This document shows positions 37,297 through 46,294 of a stretch of 49,565 bases of DNA, piece after piece. The position numbers and the translations under genes are program-made. Every line of letters starts with the position of its first letter. The stretch's first letter is position 1. The notes under the pieces are model-generated. The model made no database searches. It worked only from the letters and a program-made list of their open reading frames with translations, and was not told the origin of the DNA. The stretch is taken from positions 1-49,565 of the forward strand of contig DATFWC010000303.1 of assembly GCA_035259885.1 (NCBI GenBank), written 5' to 3'. Source of the stretch: Xanthobacteraceae bacterium. Lineage in GTDB: Bacteria > Pseudomonadota > Alphaproteobacteria > Rhizobiales > Xanthobacteraceae.

Positions 37297-38541
37297 TTAC
37301 TGCTCGAGATTCTTGGCGGGCGGTTCGTCGCGCGCATAGACGGGCTTCGCCAGGAATTCCTTCTCGTTATAGGTCCAGAACTGGCTGACGTCTGGATAGG
37401 TCTTGATGATGCTGTTGACGAGTTGGCCGCCCTTGCGTTCGCACTTGCGGATGAACACGTCACCGACGGCATTGCCCAGGTGATCGAACTTGACGGGTCC
37501 GCGCGGGGTGTCGGTCAACGTGATCTGATGCAGGGTTTCGGCGAACGCCTTGCGGTCGTCGACCTTGCCGCCAGCCTTCTCGATCGCCGCCTCGACGCAC
37601 TGGCCGGCGATATACATGCCGGCCGAATAGCCGCCCGGCAGCACGTTGTAGTCCTTCTGCATGGCGGCGACGAAGCGCTTGTTGCTCGGCGTGTCGCGAT
37701 CGGCCGAGTACCAGGCAGCCGAGATGACGCCGACCGCCTCATCGCCGAGGCTGCGCAGCAGCGCGTCGTCCATGGCAGTCCAGCCGGCGAGCAGCGGAAT
37801 GCGCCCCTTGAGACCAAGATCCGCGTAGGCGCGCATGAACTTCACCGGGTTGGAACCGGCAAAACCGTTGAACACGCAGTCGACGTTGCTGATCTGGGCC
37901 ACGTAGGGCGTGTAGTCGGGCGTGACCAGCGGCGGCCACAGCTTCTTCACCACCTTGCCGCCGTCGTCCTCGAACACGCGCTGGAAGCCGGCCATCTGCT
38001 CGTGGCCGAAGGCAAAGTCCTCGGAGATGGTGGCGGCGCGCTTGTACTTGAGATCCTTGGCGGCGTAGTCGGCGATCACATGGCAGCACTGCGCCGACGT
38101 GGAGGACGGACGGATGACGAATGGATTAGCCTTGCGCTGGGTGACGTCCTCGGCCGCCGCCAGGCTGATGAGCGGAGTCTGGTTGTCGCGCACATAGTCC
38201 GTGATGGCGAGCAGCTCGAACGCCGCCAGCGGACCAAGAATGACGTTGACCTTGTCGCGCTCGATGAGCTCCTGCGCCTTGGTCTTGGCCCCGGCCGGAT
38301 TGCCGCCGGTGTCGGCCGAGATGAAATCGACCTTGCGGCCGGAGAGCGTATTGCCCTTCTCCTTGAGAAGGCTGGCGATGCCCTGCTCCATCTGGATGCC
38401 GCCCTGCGCCAGCGGCCCGGTCTTGACCGTCAGCAGGCCGATCTTGAACGCCGCGCCCTGGGCGCGCAGCACCGCCGGCGCATAGATCGCGGCACTGGTC
38501 GCCGCCAGACCCTTCAATACTGTTCTGCGTTTGATGCTCAT
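37297..38541 (-). CDS. ABC transporter periplasmic substrate-binding protein (LivK/Peripla_BP_6-like) with twin-arginine-type signal
   Basis: ORF track 37297..38658, trimmed to MSIKRRTVLKGLAATSAAIYAPAVLRAQG (GAGGAAGGA upstream). Confidence 0.9.
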   Translation of the reverse strand: MSIKRRTVLKGLAATSAAIYAPAVLRAQGAAFKIGLLTVKTGPLAQGGIQMEQGIASLLKEKGNTLSGRKVDFISADTGGNPAGAKTKAQELIERDKVNVILGPLAAFELLAITDYVRDNQTPLISLAAAEDVTQRKANPFVIRPSSTSAQCCHVIADYAAKDLKYKRAATISEDFAFGHEQMAGFQRVFEDDGGKVVKKLWPPLVTPDYTPYVAQISNVDCVFNGFAGSNPVKFMRAYADLGLKGRIPLLAGWTAMDDALLRSLGDEAVGVISAAWYSADRDTPSNKRFVAAMQKDYNVLPGGYSAGMYIAGQCVEAAIEKAGGKVDDRKAFAETLHQITLTDTPRGPVKFDHLGNAVGDVFIRKCERKGGQLVNSIIKTYPDVSQFWTYNEKEFLAKPVYARDEPPAKNLEQ

Positions 38542-38969
38542 TGGTTTTCCTTCCTCTGAAACGCGAGGCTCAAGTTGTCTTACGGCCGACCTCACTGATC
38601 GACACCACAGCCGAAATGCGCGCCCGCCGCAAGCGGCGGTGCTGCCGCGGCATCGCACGGATTGGCGCCGGGGTTGGTGGCGTATGGCGTCGCACCGCCG
38701 GGCCGAACCCTAAACGCGGGGGGCGGCCCAGAGATGCATCAGTTTTCCTGATGCCCGAAATCGTCGCCCGCGTCCATGGCTTCCGCAAAGGTTGATGCGG
38801 CAGCGGACGTCCGGGCCCGTCACGCAGACGGGCGGTTTAGGTTAACGGGAGGACAAGCTGGAAGTGACGAGTCTACCGATGCATGGTGGTCCGCGGCATA
38901 TTTGGCGGCGCGGCGGCCGCACACCAACCACCGGCCGCGACGGCATGAGGCCGAAGGCCGCGGCTCGAT

Positions 38970-39580
38970 ATGTTGCAAACATCCTTCCGACCCGGTGCCG
39001 AAAAGCCGCTCGCGTGCGTCATGGGCGGGATGGACCTGGTGCGTTCGCTCGGGCTGTTCGGCGTCCGCTCGGCCGTGGTGGCGCGGCCCGGCAGCCCGGC
39101 GCTGTACTCGCGGTTCACGCACAGCGCGCTGCGCCGGGACGGATTTCACGAGCGCGATGAAGATTTGGTGCACGCGCTCGAGTGGTTGACCGGCGTCGCC
39201 AAACTCGACTTCAAGCGCGCGCCCGAGGGGCGACTCCTGCTGCTAGAGATCAATCCGCGTTTCAACCTGTGGCACCACCTGGGCGCGGTGGCCGGCGTGA
39301 ACCTGCCAGCCCTGGTCTATGCCGATCTCGTCGGCCTGCCGCGGCCGGCCACGCGACCGGCGCGCGCTGGGGCTCGATCTGGAACGACTTTCCGGCCGCG
39401 CATGCGTCGGGCCTGCCGCTGTGCCGCTGGCTGCCATGGATGCTCGGGTGCGACGCCAAGTCGGCCGTCGCCTGGGACGATCCGATGCCCCTCGTGCGCA
39501 GCATGCTGCATGGCGGATTTGCTCGCGCGAATCATTCGCCCGCGGTACCGTCGCTCAAACTGCACGAGCAGGCCGGATGA
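38970..39580 (+). pseudogene. Decayed ATP-grasp-domain gene (internal deletion plus frameshift)
   Basis: The frame from 38970 gives an N-terminal piece (ACVMGGMDLVRSLGLFGVRSAVVARPGSPALYSRFT). It jumps directly to an ATP-grasp C-terminal piece (AKLDFKRAPEGRLLLLEINPRFNLWHHLGAVAGVNLPALVYADLVGLPRP). The sense then continues only in the frame of ORF 39182..39580 (ARWGSIWNDFPAAHASGLPLCRWLPWMLGCDAKSAVAWDDPMP). The frame switch is near 39360-39372. Confidence 0.5.
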
Positions 39581-40389
39581 AGCTCGCTATTCTCTCCGAC
39601 ATCCACGCCAATGCGGAAGCGCTGCGTGCGACCCTGGCCAAAATCTCCACCGTCGCCGTCAACCGCATCGTGTGCCTCGGCGACATCGTCGGCTACAACG
39701 CCGACCCGGCCGCCTGCATCACGCTGCTGCGCCAGGCCGGGGCGCTATGCGTGGCCGGCAATCACGACCGCGCGGTCACCGGGCAGATCACAGTCGAAGG
39801 CTTTCCCCACACCGCCGTGCGGGCGGTGGCGTGGACACGAAAACGGCTCGACGCCGAGGCGCTCGACTATCTGGCCGGGTTGCCGCCCACGCTCAGCATC
39901 GCGGGGCAGCTAGTGGCGGTGCACGGCGCGTTGCATCCGGAGCACGGCTTCGAGATGGTGCGGCTCGACAGCGACGAGGCGCGGCGGCTGAGCTTTGCGG
40001 CCTTGATGCGCCACCCCTCGGGCGCGCGGGTGTGCGCTGTCGGGCATACGCATCATGTCGGCATCTTCGAACTGGAGGACGGCACGATCCGCCAGCGCAC
40101 CGCCGATCCGGTGGCCCTGCGTCCCGGCGCCTTCTACCTGATCAATCCCGGCAGCGTCGGAGAGCCGCGCACCGCCGACCCTCGTGCCAGCTTCCTCGTG
40201 CTCGATGGGGCGCGCCAAGTCGTGTCCGTGCACCGCGTCAGCTATGACGCCGAGGCGGCGCTGGCGAAGACGCGGGCCGCCGGGCTGATGCCGGCGTTCT
40301 CGTTCCTGCCATCGCCGGTGCGCGACGGCCTCAGGTGGGGCGTGCGCGCCGCCGGGCTTTCCGACGCCGTGAAGCGGATGGTCGGCTAG
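39577..40389 (+). CDS. Metallophosphoesterase (calcineurin-like, YfcE/MJ0936-type)
   Basis: Track ORF 39319..40389, trimmed to MKLAILSDIHAN. Motifs DIH, GDIVGY, GNHD, GHTH. ATGA overlap with the last frame of the ATP-grasp remnant. Confidence 0.85.
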   Translation: MKLAILSDIHANAEALRATLAKISTVAVNRIVCLGDIVGYNADPAACITLLRQAGALCVAGNHDRAVTGQITVEGFPHTAVRAVAWTRKRLDAEALDYLAGLPPTLSIAGQLVAVHGALHPEHGFEMVRLDSDEARRLSFAALMRHPSGARVCAVGHTHHVGIFELEDGTIRQRTADPVALRPGAFYLINPGSVGEPRTADPRASFLVLDGARQVVSVHRVSYDAEAALAKTRAAGLMPAFSFLPSPVRDGLRWGVRAAGLSDAVKRMVG

Positions 40390-41336
40390 CGCCTCGCGCG
40401 GTTTCGAGCCGCGCGCTTTGTGCGCCGGCCTCCGGCGGAGCGGCCGCGCGTCACGCCGGCCATGTCCTCGAGCACCGCGCACACCGCGGCGGTGTCATGG
40501 GCCGCGTGGCCCTGCGACATGGCGGCGGCGTAGATCGGCAGGGTGGCGCTGAACAGCGGTGTGGGACAGCCGGCGCCGGCGGCATATTCGCCGATCACTG
40601 CCATATCCTTCTGCCACGTGGAGATCTTCATGGTGGCCTCGCTGTAGCGGTTGCGCACCATCATGGGGGCGCGCAGCTCGAACACGCGCGAGGTCCCGGC
40701 GCCGGCGGTGACGAGGTCGTGTACCACCTTGGGGTCGAGTCCGGCCTTCATGCCCAGCACCATGGCTTCCGCGCTGGCCACGTTGTGGATCGCGACCAGC
40801 AGATTGGCGACGTATTTCATGCGGCTGCCGTTGCCGTATTCGCCGAGGTCGTACACGGCGCGCGAAAACGCCGCGAACATCGGACGCAGGCCTGCGATCG
40901 TCTTGGCATCGCCGCTGGCGTAGACCACGAGGTCGCCCACCCGCGCCTGCGCGCCCGTGCCGCTCACCGGGCAATCGAGCGCAACATGGCCGGCCGCCTG
41001 CATCGCCTGCGCGGCCTGCATCTTGTCGGCGAGCGCGAAGGTGCCGGCCTCGATCAGGACGCGGCGCGGCGCGCCGGCCGCGATGATGTTCTTGACGGTC
41101 GCTTCGAGCGCATAGGGCGTGGGCAGGCTCGTGATGATGACCGGCACCTCACGGGCCACCGCCTTGGCATCCGGCACGATCTTCACGCCCGCCCGCGCGG
41201 CTTCCTTGCGGCGGGCCGGATTGGTGTCGAAGCCGACAACGCGCCAGCCGGCGGCCGCGAGGCGTCGCGCGTAGGCACCGCCCATGATGCCGAGGCCAAT
41301 GACTCCGACCGCACCTTTGCGTCTGGCCGCCTTCAT
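40386..41336 (-). CDS. NAD(P)-dependent beta-hydroxyacid dehydrogenase family protein (second paralogue)
   Basis: ORF track 40386..41372, trimmed to MKAARRKGAVGVIGLGIMGGAYARRLAAAG. Unusual Arg-rich C-terminal tail. Confidence 0.85.
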   Translation of the reverse strand: MKAARRKGAVGVIGLGIMGGAYARRLAAAGWRVVGFDTNPARRKEAARAGVKIVPDAKAVAREVPVIITSLPTPYALEATVKNIIAAGAPRRVLIEAGTFALADKMQAAQAMQAAGHVALDCPVSGTGAQARVGDLVVYASGDAKTIAGLRPMFAAFSRAVYDLGEYGNGSRMKYVANLLVAIHNVASAEAMVLGMKAGLDPKVVHDLVTAGAGTSRVFELRAPMMVRNRYSEATMKISTWQKDMAVIGEYAAGAGCPTPLFSATLPIYAAAMSQGHAAHDTAAVCAVLEDMAGVTRGRSAGGRRTKRAARNRARR

Positions 41337-41485
41337 TCCGATCCTCCTCGCCCGCGTCCCCCGTCGACTCATGCGCCGCGACTATGCCCCATCATGGTAC
41401 GCAATGAAGCCTCTTTTTTCGCCGCAACCGTTCGCCTATCGTCGGGCCGCACGTAGTTTCACTGATCTCAAGCCGTGGGGGAATC

Positions 41486-41932
41486 ATGTCGGTTGTCACT
41501 CTGGCGCAGGCCAGCACCATCGTCGACGTCGCGCTGAAGACCGGACGGGACACCAAGTGCGCGCCGCTCAGCGTCGCGGTTCTCGATGCCGGCGGGCACC
41601 TCGTGGCGTTCAAGCGCGAGGACAAGTCGGGCATCCTGCGCTTCGACATTGCGTTCGGGAAGGCGTGGGGTGCGCTCGGCATGGGGTTCGGCTCCCGCAC
41701 GCTGTTCGAGCGTGCCGCCAATACCCCGCAGTTCTTCACCATGCTGGCGGCGGCGAGCGGCGGACGCATCGTGACCAATCCGGGCGGCGTGCTGATCCGT
41801 GACGGCGGCGGCGACGTCATCGGCGCGGTCGGGATCTCCGGCGACACGTCGGAGAAGGACGAGGCCTGCGCTATCGCCGGCATCGAGGCGGCGGGCCTGA
41901 GGGCCGATCCCGGCGGCACCACCAAGGCTTGA
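41486..41932 (+). CDS. GlcG/HbpS-like (DUF336) protein
   Basis: ORF track. ...GGVLIRDGGGDVIGAVGISGDTSEKDEACA... is the DUF336 signature. Confidence 0.85.
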   Translation: MSVVTLAQASTIVDVALKTGRDTKCAPLSVAVLDAGGHLVAFKREDKSGILRFDIAFGKAWGALGMGFGSRTLFERAANTPQFFTMLAAASGGRIVTNPGGVLIRDGGGDVIGAVGISGDTSEKDEACAIAGIEAAGLRADPGGTTKA

Positions 41933-41943
41933 GGAGACTCGCC

Positions 41944-42594
41944 ATGAAGCTGTTTTCGTTCTGGCGCTCGCTGGCCACCTACCGCGTGCGCATCGCGCTC
42001 AACCTCAAAGGCATCCAGCCCGACGAGGTGATCGACGTGAACCTGATGAAGGCCGAGCAGCGCGCGGAACAATTCCGCGCCGTCAACCCGATGATGGCGC
42101 TGCCGGCATTGATCGACGGCGACGGACCGACGCTGGTCGAGTCGCTGGCGATCATCGAATATCTCGACGAGGTGCATCCGCATCCGCGGCTGCTGCCGGC
42201 CGACCCGCGTGGGCGCGCCCGTGTGCGCGGGCTGGCGCAGATCATCGCCTGCGATTCGCATCCGCTGGTGGTGCCGCGCGTACGCGAATACCTCGAGCAT
42301 GAGTTCAAGCTCGACGAGCCGACCCGCATGGCCTGGTGCCGCCACTGGATCACCGCGGCGCTCACGGCGCTGGAGGCGCATCTGAAGAGCCCGGACACGG
42401 GAAAATTCTGCCATGGCGATGCGGTCGGCCTCGCCGACATCTGCCTGGCCAGCCAGGCGGCCGGCGCCAAATTCTTCCAGGTCGATACGTCGCCCTACCC
42501 GACGGTCAACCGCATCGTCGACGCCTGCCTGGCGATGGACGCGTTCGCACGCGCGCATCCGCTCAAGCAGCCGGGCGCGCCGGCCTCTACGTAG
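41944..42594 (+). CDS. maiA: Zeta-class GST: maleylacetoacetate/maleylpyruvate isomerase
   Basis: ORF track 41929..42594, trimmed to MKLFSFWRSLATYRVRIALNLKG.... ...LPALIDGDGPTLVESLAIIEYLDE.... Confidence 0.8.
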   Translation: MKLFSFWRSLATYRVRIALNLKGIQPDEVIDVNLMKAEQRAEQFRAVNPMMALPALIDGDGPTLVESLAIIEYLDEVHPHPRLLPADPRGRARVRGLAQIIACDSHPLVVPRVREYLEHEFKLDEPTRMAWCRHWITAALTALEAHLKSPDTGKFCHGDAVGLADICLASQAAGAKFFQVDTSPYPTVNRIVDACLAMDAFARAHPLKQPGAPAST

Positions 42595-42597
42595 GGC

Positions 42598-43590
42598 TCA
42601 GCGCCTGCCGCCGGCGCGCGCGTGGCGGGCGGCGCCCTCGCCTTTCGCCCGCCTGAGCCTGCGCGCGTCCATTGCCTCGTCCCAGACTTCCTGGATGTGC
42701 GCCACCTCGGCCTCGAACCGCTCGAGGAACAGCCGCGCCTGGGTGCTCAAGGTCCGCCGCGCCGGCTGGATGACGACGCAGTCGATGTGCATCGGCGGAT
42801 CGACGATCGGATTGACGATGAGGTCGCCCTTGTCGATGTCGTTGACCGCGATGACGCTCGGCAGCACCGTTACCCAGTCGGAGCGGGCGATGAATTCGAA
42901 CGTGCCCATCATGGCGTCCATTTCCAGCGTGGCGGCGACCTCGATGCCGTGCGTCTGGAAATAGGTGTCGAGGTTGCGCCGGCGCACGTTGTGCGGCGCC
43001 GGCACCACCACCTTCAGCGGCGCCAGCGCGGCCAGCCGCACCGGCGCCAGCGGCTCGAGCCCGCGCTGGCGGCCGGAGATCAGGACTTCGCGGTCGCGCA
43101 CGAGCAGCCGTGACTTCAATCCGATCTGCCCCTCGAAGGCTGGCACGATGGCGAAATCGAGTTCGTCGTCGCGCACCATCTCGGTGAGCAGGCCGCTGTA
43201 GCCTTCGAACACATGCAGCCGCACGTCAGGATAGCGCGGCACGAAGTACTCGAGCGTCGGCGCCAGCACGGCGCGGGTGAAGGTCGGCATCAGCCCGATG
43301 CGCAGGTCGCCGGTCACCAGGCCGCCGAGCGCCCGCACCTCCTCGTCGGCAGTCTCCAGCATGCCCACCGCCTCGACGCAGCGCCGGTAGTAGCGCAGGC
43401 CCGCCGGCGTCGGCACCACGCCGGCGCTCGAGCGCTCGAACAGCTTTACCCCGAGCTCGCGCTCGACTGCGGCGACGTGCTGCGAAATGCCGGATTGGGT
43501 GGCGTGCTCGCGCTCCGCCGCACGCGTGAACGAGCCCTCCTCGCACACGGCGATGACCGCGCGTATTTGGCGAAGGGCGATTGCCGACAT
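42598..43590 (-). CDS. LysR-family transcriptional regulator
   Basis: ORF track. HTH ...EEGSFTRAAEREHATQSGISQHVAAVERELG.... Divergent from the M24-like operon. Confidence 0.9.
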   Translation of the reverse strand: MSAIALRQIRAVIAVCEEGSFTRAAEREHATQSGISQHVAAVERELGVKLFERSSAGVVPTPAGLRYYRRCVEAVGMLETADEEVRALGGLVTGDLRIGLMPTFTRAVLAPTLEYFVPRYPDVRLHVFEGYSGLLTEMVRDDELDFAIVPAFEGQIGLKSRLLVRDREVLISGRQRGLEPLAPVRLAALAPLKVVVPAPHNVRRRNLDTYFQTHGIEVAATLEMDAMMGTFEFIARSDWVTVLPSVIAVNDIDKGDLIVNPIVDPPMHIDCVVIQPARRTLSTQARLFLERFEAEVAHIQEVWDEAMDARRLRRAKGEGAARHARAGGRR

Positions 43591-43699
43591 TAGAAAACCT
43601 TATGCATCAGCGCAGAATATATTATTTCTTCTGCATGTGCCATATATCTAGGATATCGCAGTCATTTTTCGCAAAAGCCTTGCGTTCGGGAGGATCCTC
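43591..43699. promoter_or_regulatory. AT-rich divergent promoter region with a LysR-box-like inverted repeat
   Basis: GCAGAA-N11-TTCTGC at 43612-43634, extendable to an imperfect TATG...GCAGAA arm pair. GGGAGGA lies 5 nt upstream of the ATG at 43700. Confidence 0.45.
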
Positions 43700-44968
43700 A
43701 TGGGAGCGAATTTCGGCACCGTCGGCATGGACTGGCAGCAGCGCGTCAACTGGGACCGCCTGCGCACGTACCGGACCGAACGCGCGCGCGAGATGATGAA
43801 GAAGCACGGGCTCGGCGCCATGCTGTGCATGTACGACGAGAACGTGCGCTACCTCACCGGCACGCTGACGCCCGGATGGAACCGGCTCAAGCCCGGCCTG
43901 CGCTACGCCATGCTGTGCGGCGACGGGGCGCCGATCCTGTTCGAGCAGGGCGACCTGGGATTCCAGATCGAGCGCCACTCGCCGTGGCTGCCCAAGGAGA
44001 ACGTCCGCCATTCCTTCGCCTGGATCAAAGGCGCGGCCGGCCCCGCCTCGACCCAGCAGGTGACCAAGTTCACCAACGCCATCATCGAGGAGATGAAGCG
44101 GCACGGCGTGTGGGGCCAGAAGCTCGGCGTCGATTTCATCGACATCAACATGATCAACATCTTTCGCGACAAGAACATCACCTGGGTCGACGGCATGACC
44201 CCGATGATGGAGGCGCGCGCGGTCAAGAACGTCGACGAGCAGGAATGCATGCGCATCGTCGGCGCCATCGGCGACGCCACCCACTGGGAATGCATGAAGT
44301 TCCTGCGGCCCGGCATCACCGAGAACCAGGTCACGGCGCACCTGATGGAATATCTCTACTCGTTCGCCGGAATGGAGGACGTCGAGGACGTCATCGTGTC
44401 GTCGGGCCCGAACACCTGGCCCAACTGGCGCAACTTCTCCGACCGCATCATCCAGCCGGGCGACATCGTGTTCATGGATCTCGCCGCGCTGACGTGGAAC
44501 GGCTACAAGTCCTGCTACTACCGCACCTATTGTGTCGGCAAGGAGCCGACGCAGGAGCAGAAGGACACCTACGCCACCGCGCTCGAGTGGCTGTACGACT
44601 CGATCGACGCCGTGAAGGTCGGCGCCACCACCCGCGACATCGCGGAGAAATGGCCGTCCGCCATGGAGACCTGGGGCTACGAGGACGAGGATCAGGCGGC
44701 CGCCAATCTGTGGGGCCATGGGCTCGGGCTGGCGCAGTACGACCAGCCGGTCATCTCGCGCATCTGGTCGCTCGACCATCCGGTCGAGATCAAGGAAGGC
44801 ATGACGTTTGCGCTGGAGACCCAGCACGGAAAGCGCTTCCGTTACGGCGTCCGCATCGAGGAAATGCTGATCGTGCACAAGGATTCGATCGAGATCGTCT
44901 CCAATTTCCCGGTCAAGCAAATTACAGTGGTTGACCCGTTGCCGGGCTATGGCGACCACGTGAAGTGA
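43700..44968 (+). CDS. M24-fold (creatinase/prolidase/DddP-like) protein, atypical metal site (paralogue of 23110..24411)
   Basis: ORF track. Same architecture as the first copy. FMD..., GYKSCYYRT (Cys at the second-Asp position), GHGLGLAQYDQP, FALETQ, IEEMLIV. Confidence 0.8.
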   Translation: MGANFGTVGMDWQQRVNWDRLRTYRTERAREMMKKHGLGAMLCMYDENVRYLTGTLTPGWNRLKPGLRYAMLCGDGAPILFEQGDLGFQIERHSPWLPKENVRHSFAWIKGAAGPASTQQVTKFTNAIIEEMKRHGVWGQKLGVDFIDINMINIFRDKNITWVDGMTPMMEARAVKNVDEQECMRIVGAIGDATHWECMKFLRPGITENQVTAHLMEYLYSFAGMEDVEDVIVSSGPNTWPNWRNFSDRIIQPGDIVFMDLAALTWNGYKSCYYRTYCVGKEPTQEQKDTYATALEWLYDSIDAVKVGATTRDIAEKWPSAMETWGYEDEDQAAANLWGHGLGLAQYDQPVISRIWSLDHPVEIKEGMTFALETQHGKRFRYGVRIEEMLIVHKDSIEIVSNFPVKQITVVDPLPGYGDHVK

Positions 44969-45013
44969 CGGCGGCGCGCCAAGCGGTGCGCTGCAGGTGG
45001 TACGGAAAGCGCG

Positions 45014-46294
45014 ATGACCGAATTCATCGTCAGCCTCGGCGCGCCCGCAGGCGTGGTGGCCGACCGCATCGGCCCCAAGGCCGCGAACCTGGCGGCGCTG
45101 GCGCGCGCCGGCCTGCCCACCCCGGGCGGCTTCTGTCTCACCGCCGACGCCTACCGGCACCAATGCGAGCAGCTCGGTCTCGCGCCGTTGCTGGCCCGCT
45201 TCGGCGCCGCCAGCCCGCCGGAGGCGCGGCGGCTGTCGGTGGAGATCCGCCTGAAGCTCTATCAGGAGCCGATCGCGCAACAAATTCTAGAACCGCTGCT
45301 CGCGGCCTGGCGTGAACAGCGCCAAGCGCATGCGCTTGGCGCTGTTCGCTCGTCGGCCCTGATCGAGGACCGCGCTGGCGCCAACTTCGCCGGCCAGTTC
45401 GAAAGTTTTCTCGGCCTCGACAGCGAGGCCGACGTCCTCACCGCCGTGCGCGCCTGCTGGGCGGCGCTGTGGACCAGCAATGCGCGTCGCTACATGGAGA
45501 ACAACGCGCTCAATCCGGCCGACACCGCGATGGCGGTGCTCATGCAGCCGCTGGTCGCGGCGATTGCGTCGGGCGGCGGCTTGAGCGAGACCGCCGAGGG
45601 CCAGATGCTGTTGAGCGCGACCTGGGGGCTCGGCTCGGCGATCGCCCAGGGCGAGGTGGTGCCTGACCGCATCGCGCTCTCGCGCCAGGGCTTTTTGCGC
45701 GACATCCAGCCCGGCCGCAAGGATCACCGCGACGCCTGCCAGCACGGGCGCGGCGCCGCGCCGCAGGCGGTGCCGGCCGAACTGGTGAACAAGGCCTGCC
45801 TCGATGCCGGCCAGGCCGTGACGCTCGGCCGGCTGCTGCGCAAGGCCGAGGACGTGCTCGGCTATCCGGTCGAGATCGAATGGGCGCTGGACGAGAGCGG
45901 CTTCAAGGTGCTGCAGGCGCGGCCGCTGCACGTCGCGCCGGTCCGCCTGCCGGACGAGATCTGGCTGAAGCATCCGGGACTCAACGGCCATCCGGCGGGC
46001 GTCGGCTGGGGGTCGGGGCGTGCCGTCATCGTCAACTGCGAATGCGAGCTCACGCGCGTGGCGCCCGGCGACATCCTGGTGACCAAGGTGGCCGGGCCGG
46101 CGCTCAGCCATATCCTGCCGCGCGTCGGCGGCGTGGTGGCAGAGCTTGGCGGCAGCACCTCGCACCTCGCATCGCTGGCGCGCGAACGCGGCATTCCGAT
46201 GGTGCTGGGCGTGCTCGATGCCACCAGCCGGATTCCCGACGGCGCCCAGGTTGCGGTCGACGGGGTCGCCGGCATCGTGCGTTGGATGCGCTGA
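45014..46294 (+). CDS. PEP-synthase-like protein: PPDK_N nucleotide-binding domain plus phosphohistidine swivel domain, no PEP/pyruvate TIM-barrel
   Basis: ORF track. IGPKAANLAALARAGLPTPGGFCLT, VRSSALIEDRAGANFAGQFESFLG. C-terminal GGSTSHLASLARERGIPMV (swivel His). The protein ends ~35 aa later. Confidence 0.85.
   Translation: MTEFIVSLGAPAGVVADRIGPKAANLAALARAGLPTPGGFCLTADAYRHQCEQLGLAPLLARFGAASPPEARRLSVEIRLKLYQEPIAQQILEPLLAAWREQRQAHALGAVRSSALIEDRAGANFAGQFESFLGLDSEADVLTAVRACWAALWTSNARRYMENNALNPADTAMAVLMQPLVAAIASGGGLSETAEGQMLLSATWGLGSAIAQGEVVPDRIALSRQGFLRDIQPGRKDHRDACQHGRGAAPQAVPAELVNKACLDAGQAVTLGRLLRKAEDVLGYPVEIEWALDESGFKVLQARPLHVAPVRLPDEIWLKHPGLNGHPAGVGWGSGRAVIVNCECELTRVAPGDILVTKVAGPALSHILPRVGGVVAELGGSTSHLASLARERGIPMVLGVLDATSRIPDGAQVAVDGVAGIVRWMR

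Noticed and set aside
38659-38969. ORFs 38776..39189(+), 38820..39173(-), 38864..39160(+) and 38873..39118(-) upstream of the ATP-grasp remnant.
   Set aside because: They are mutually overlapping, Arg-rich and without motifs or SD sequences. The region is better explained as the promoter/leader of the SBP operon plus decayed sequence.
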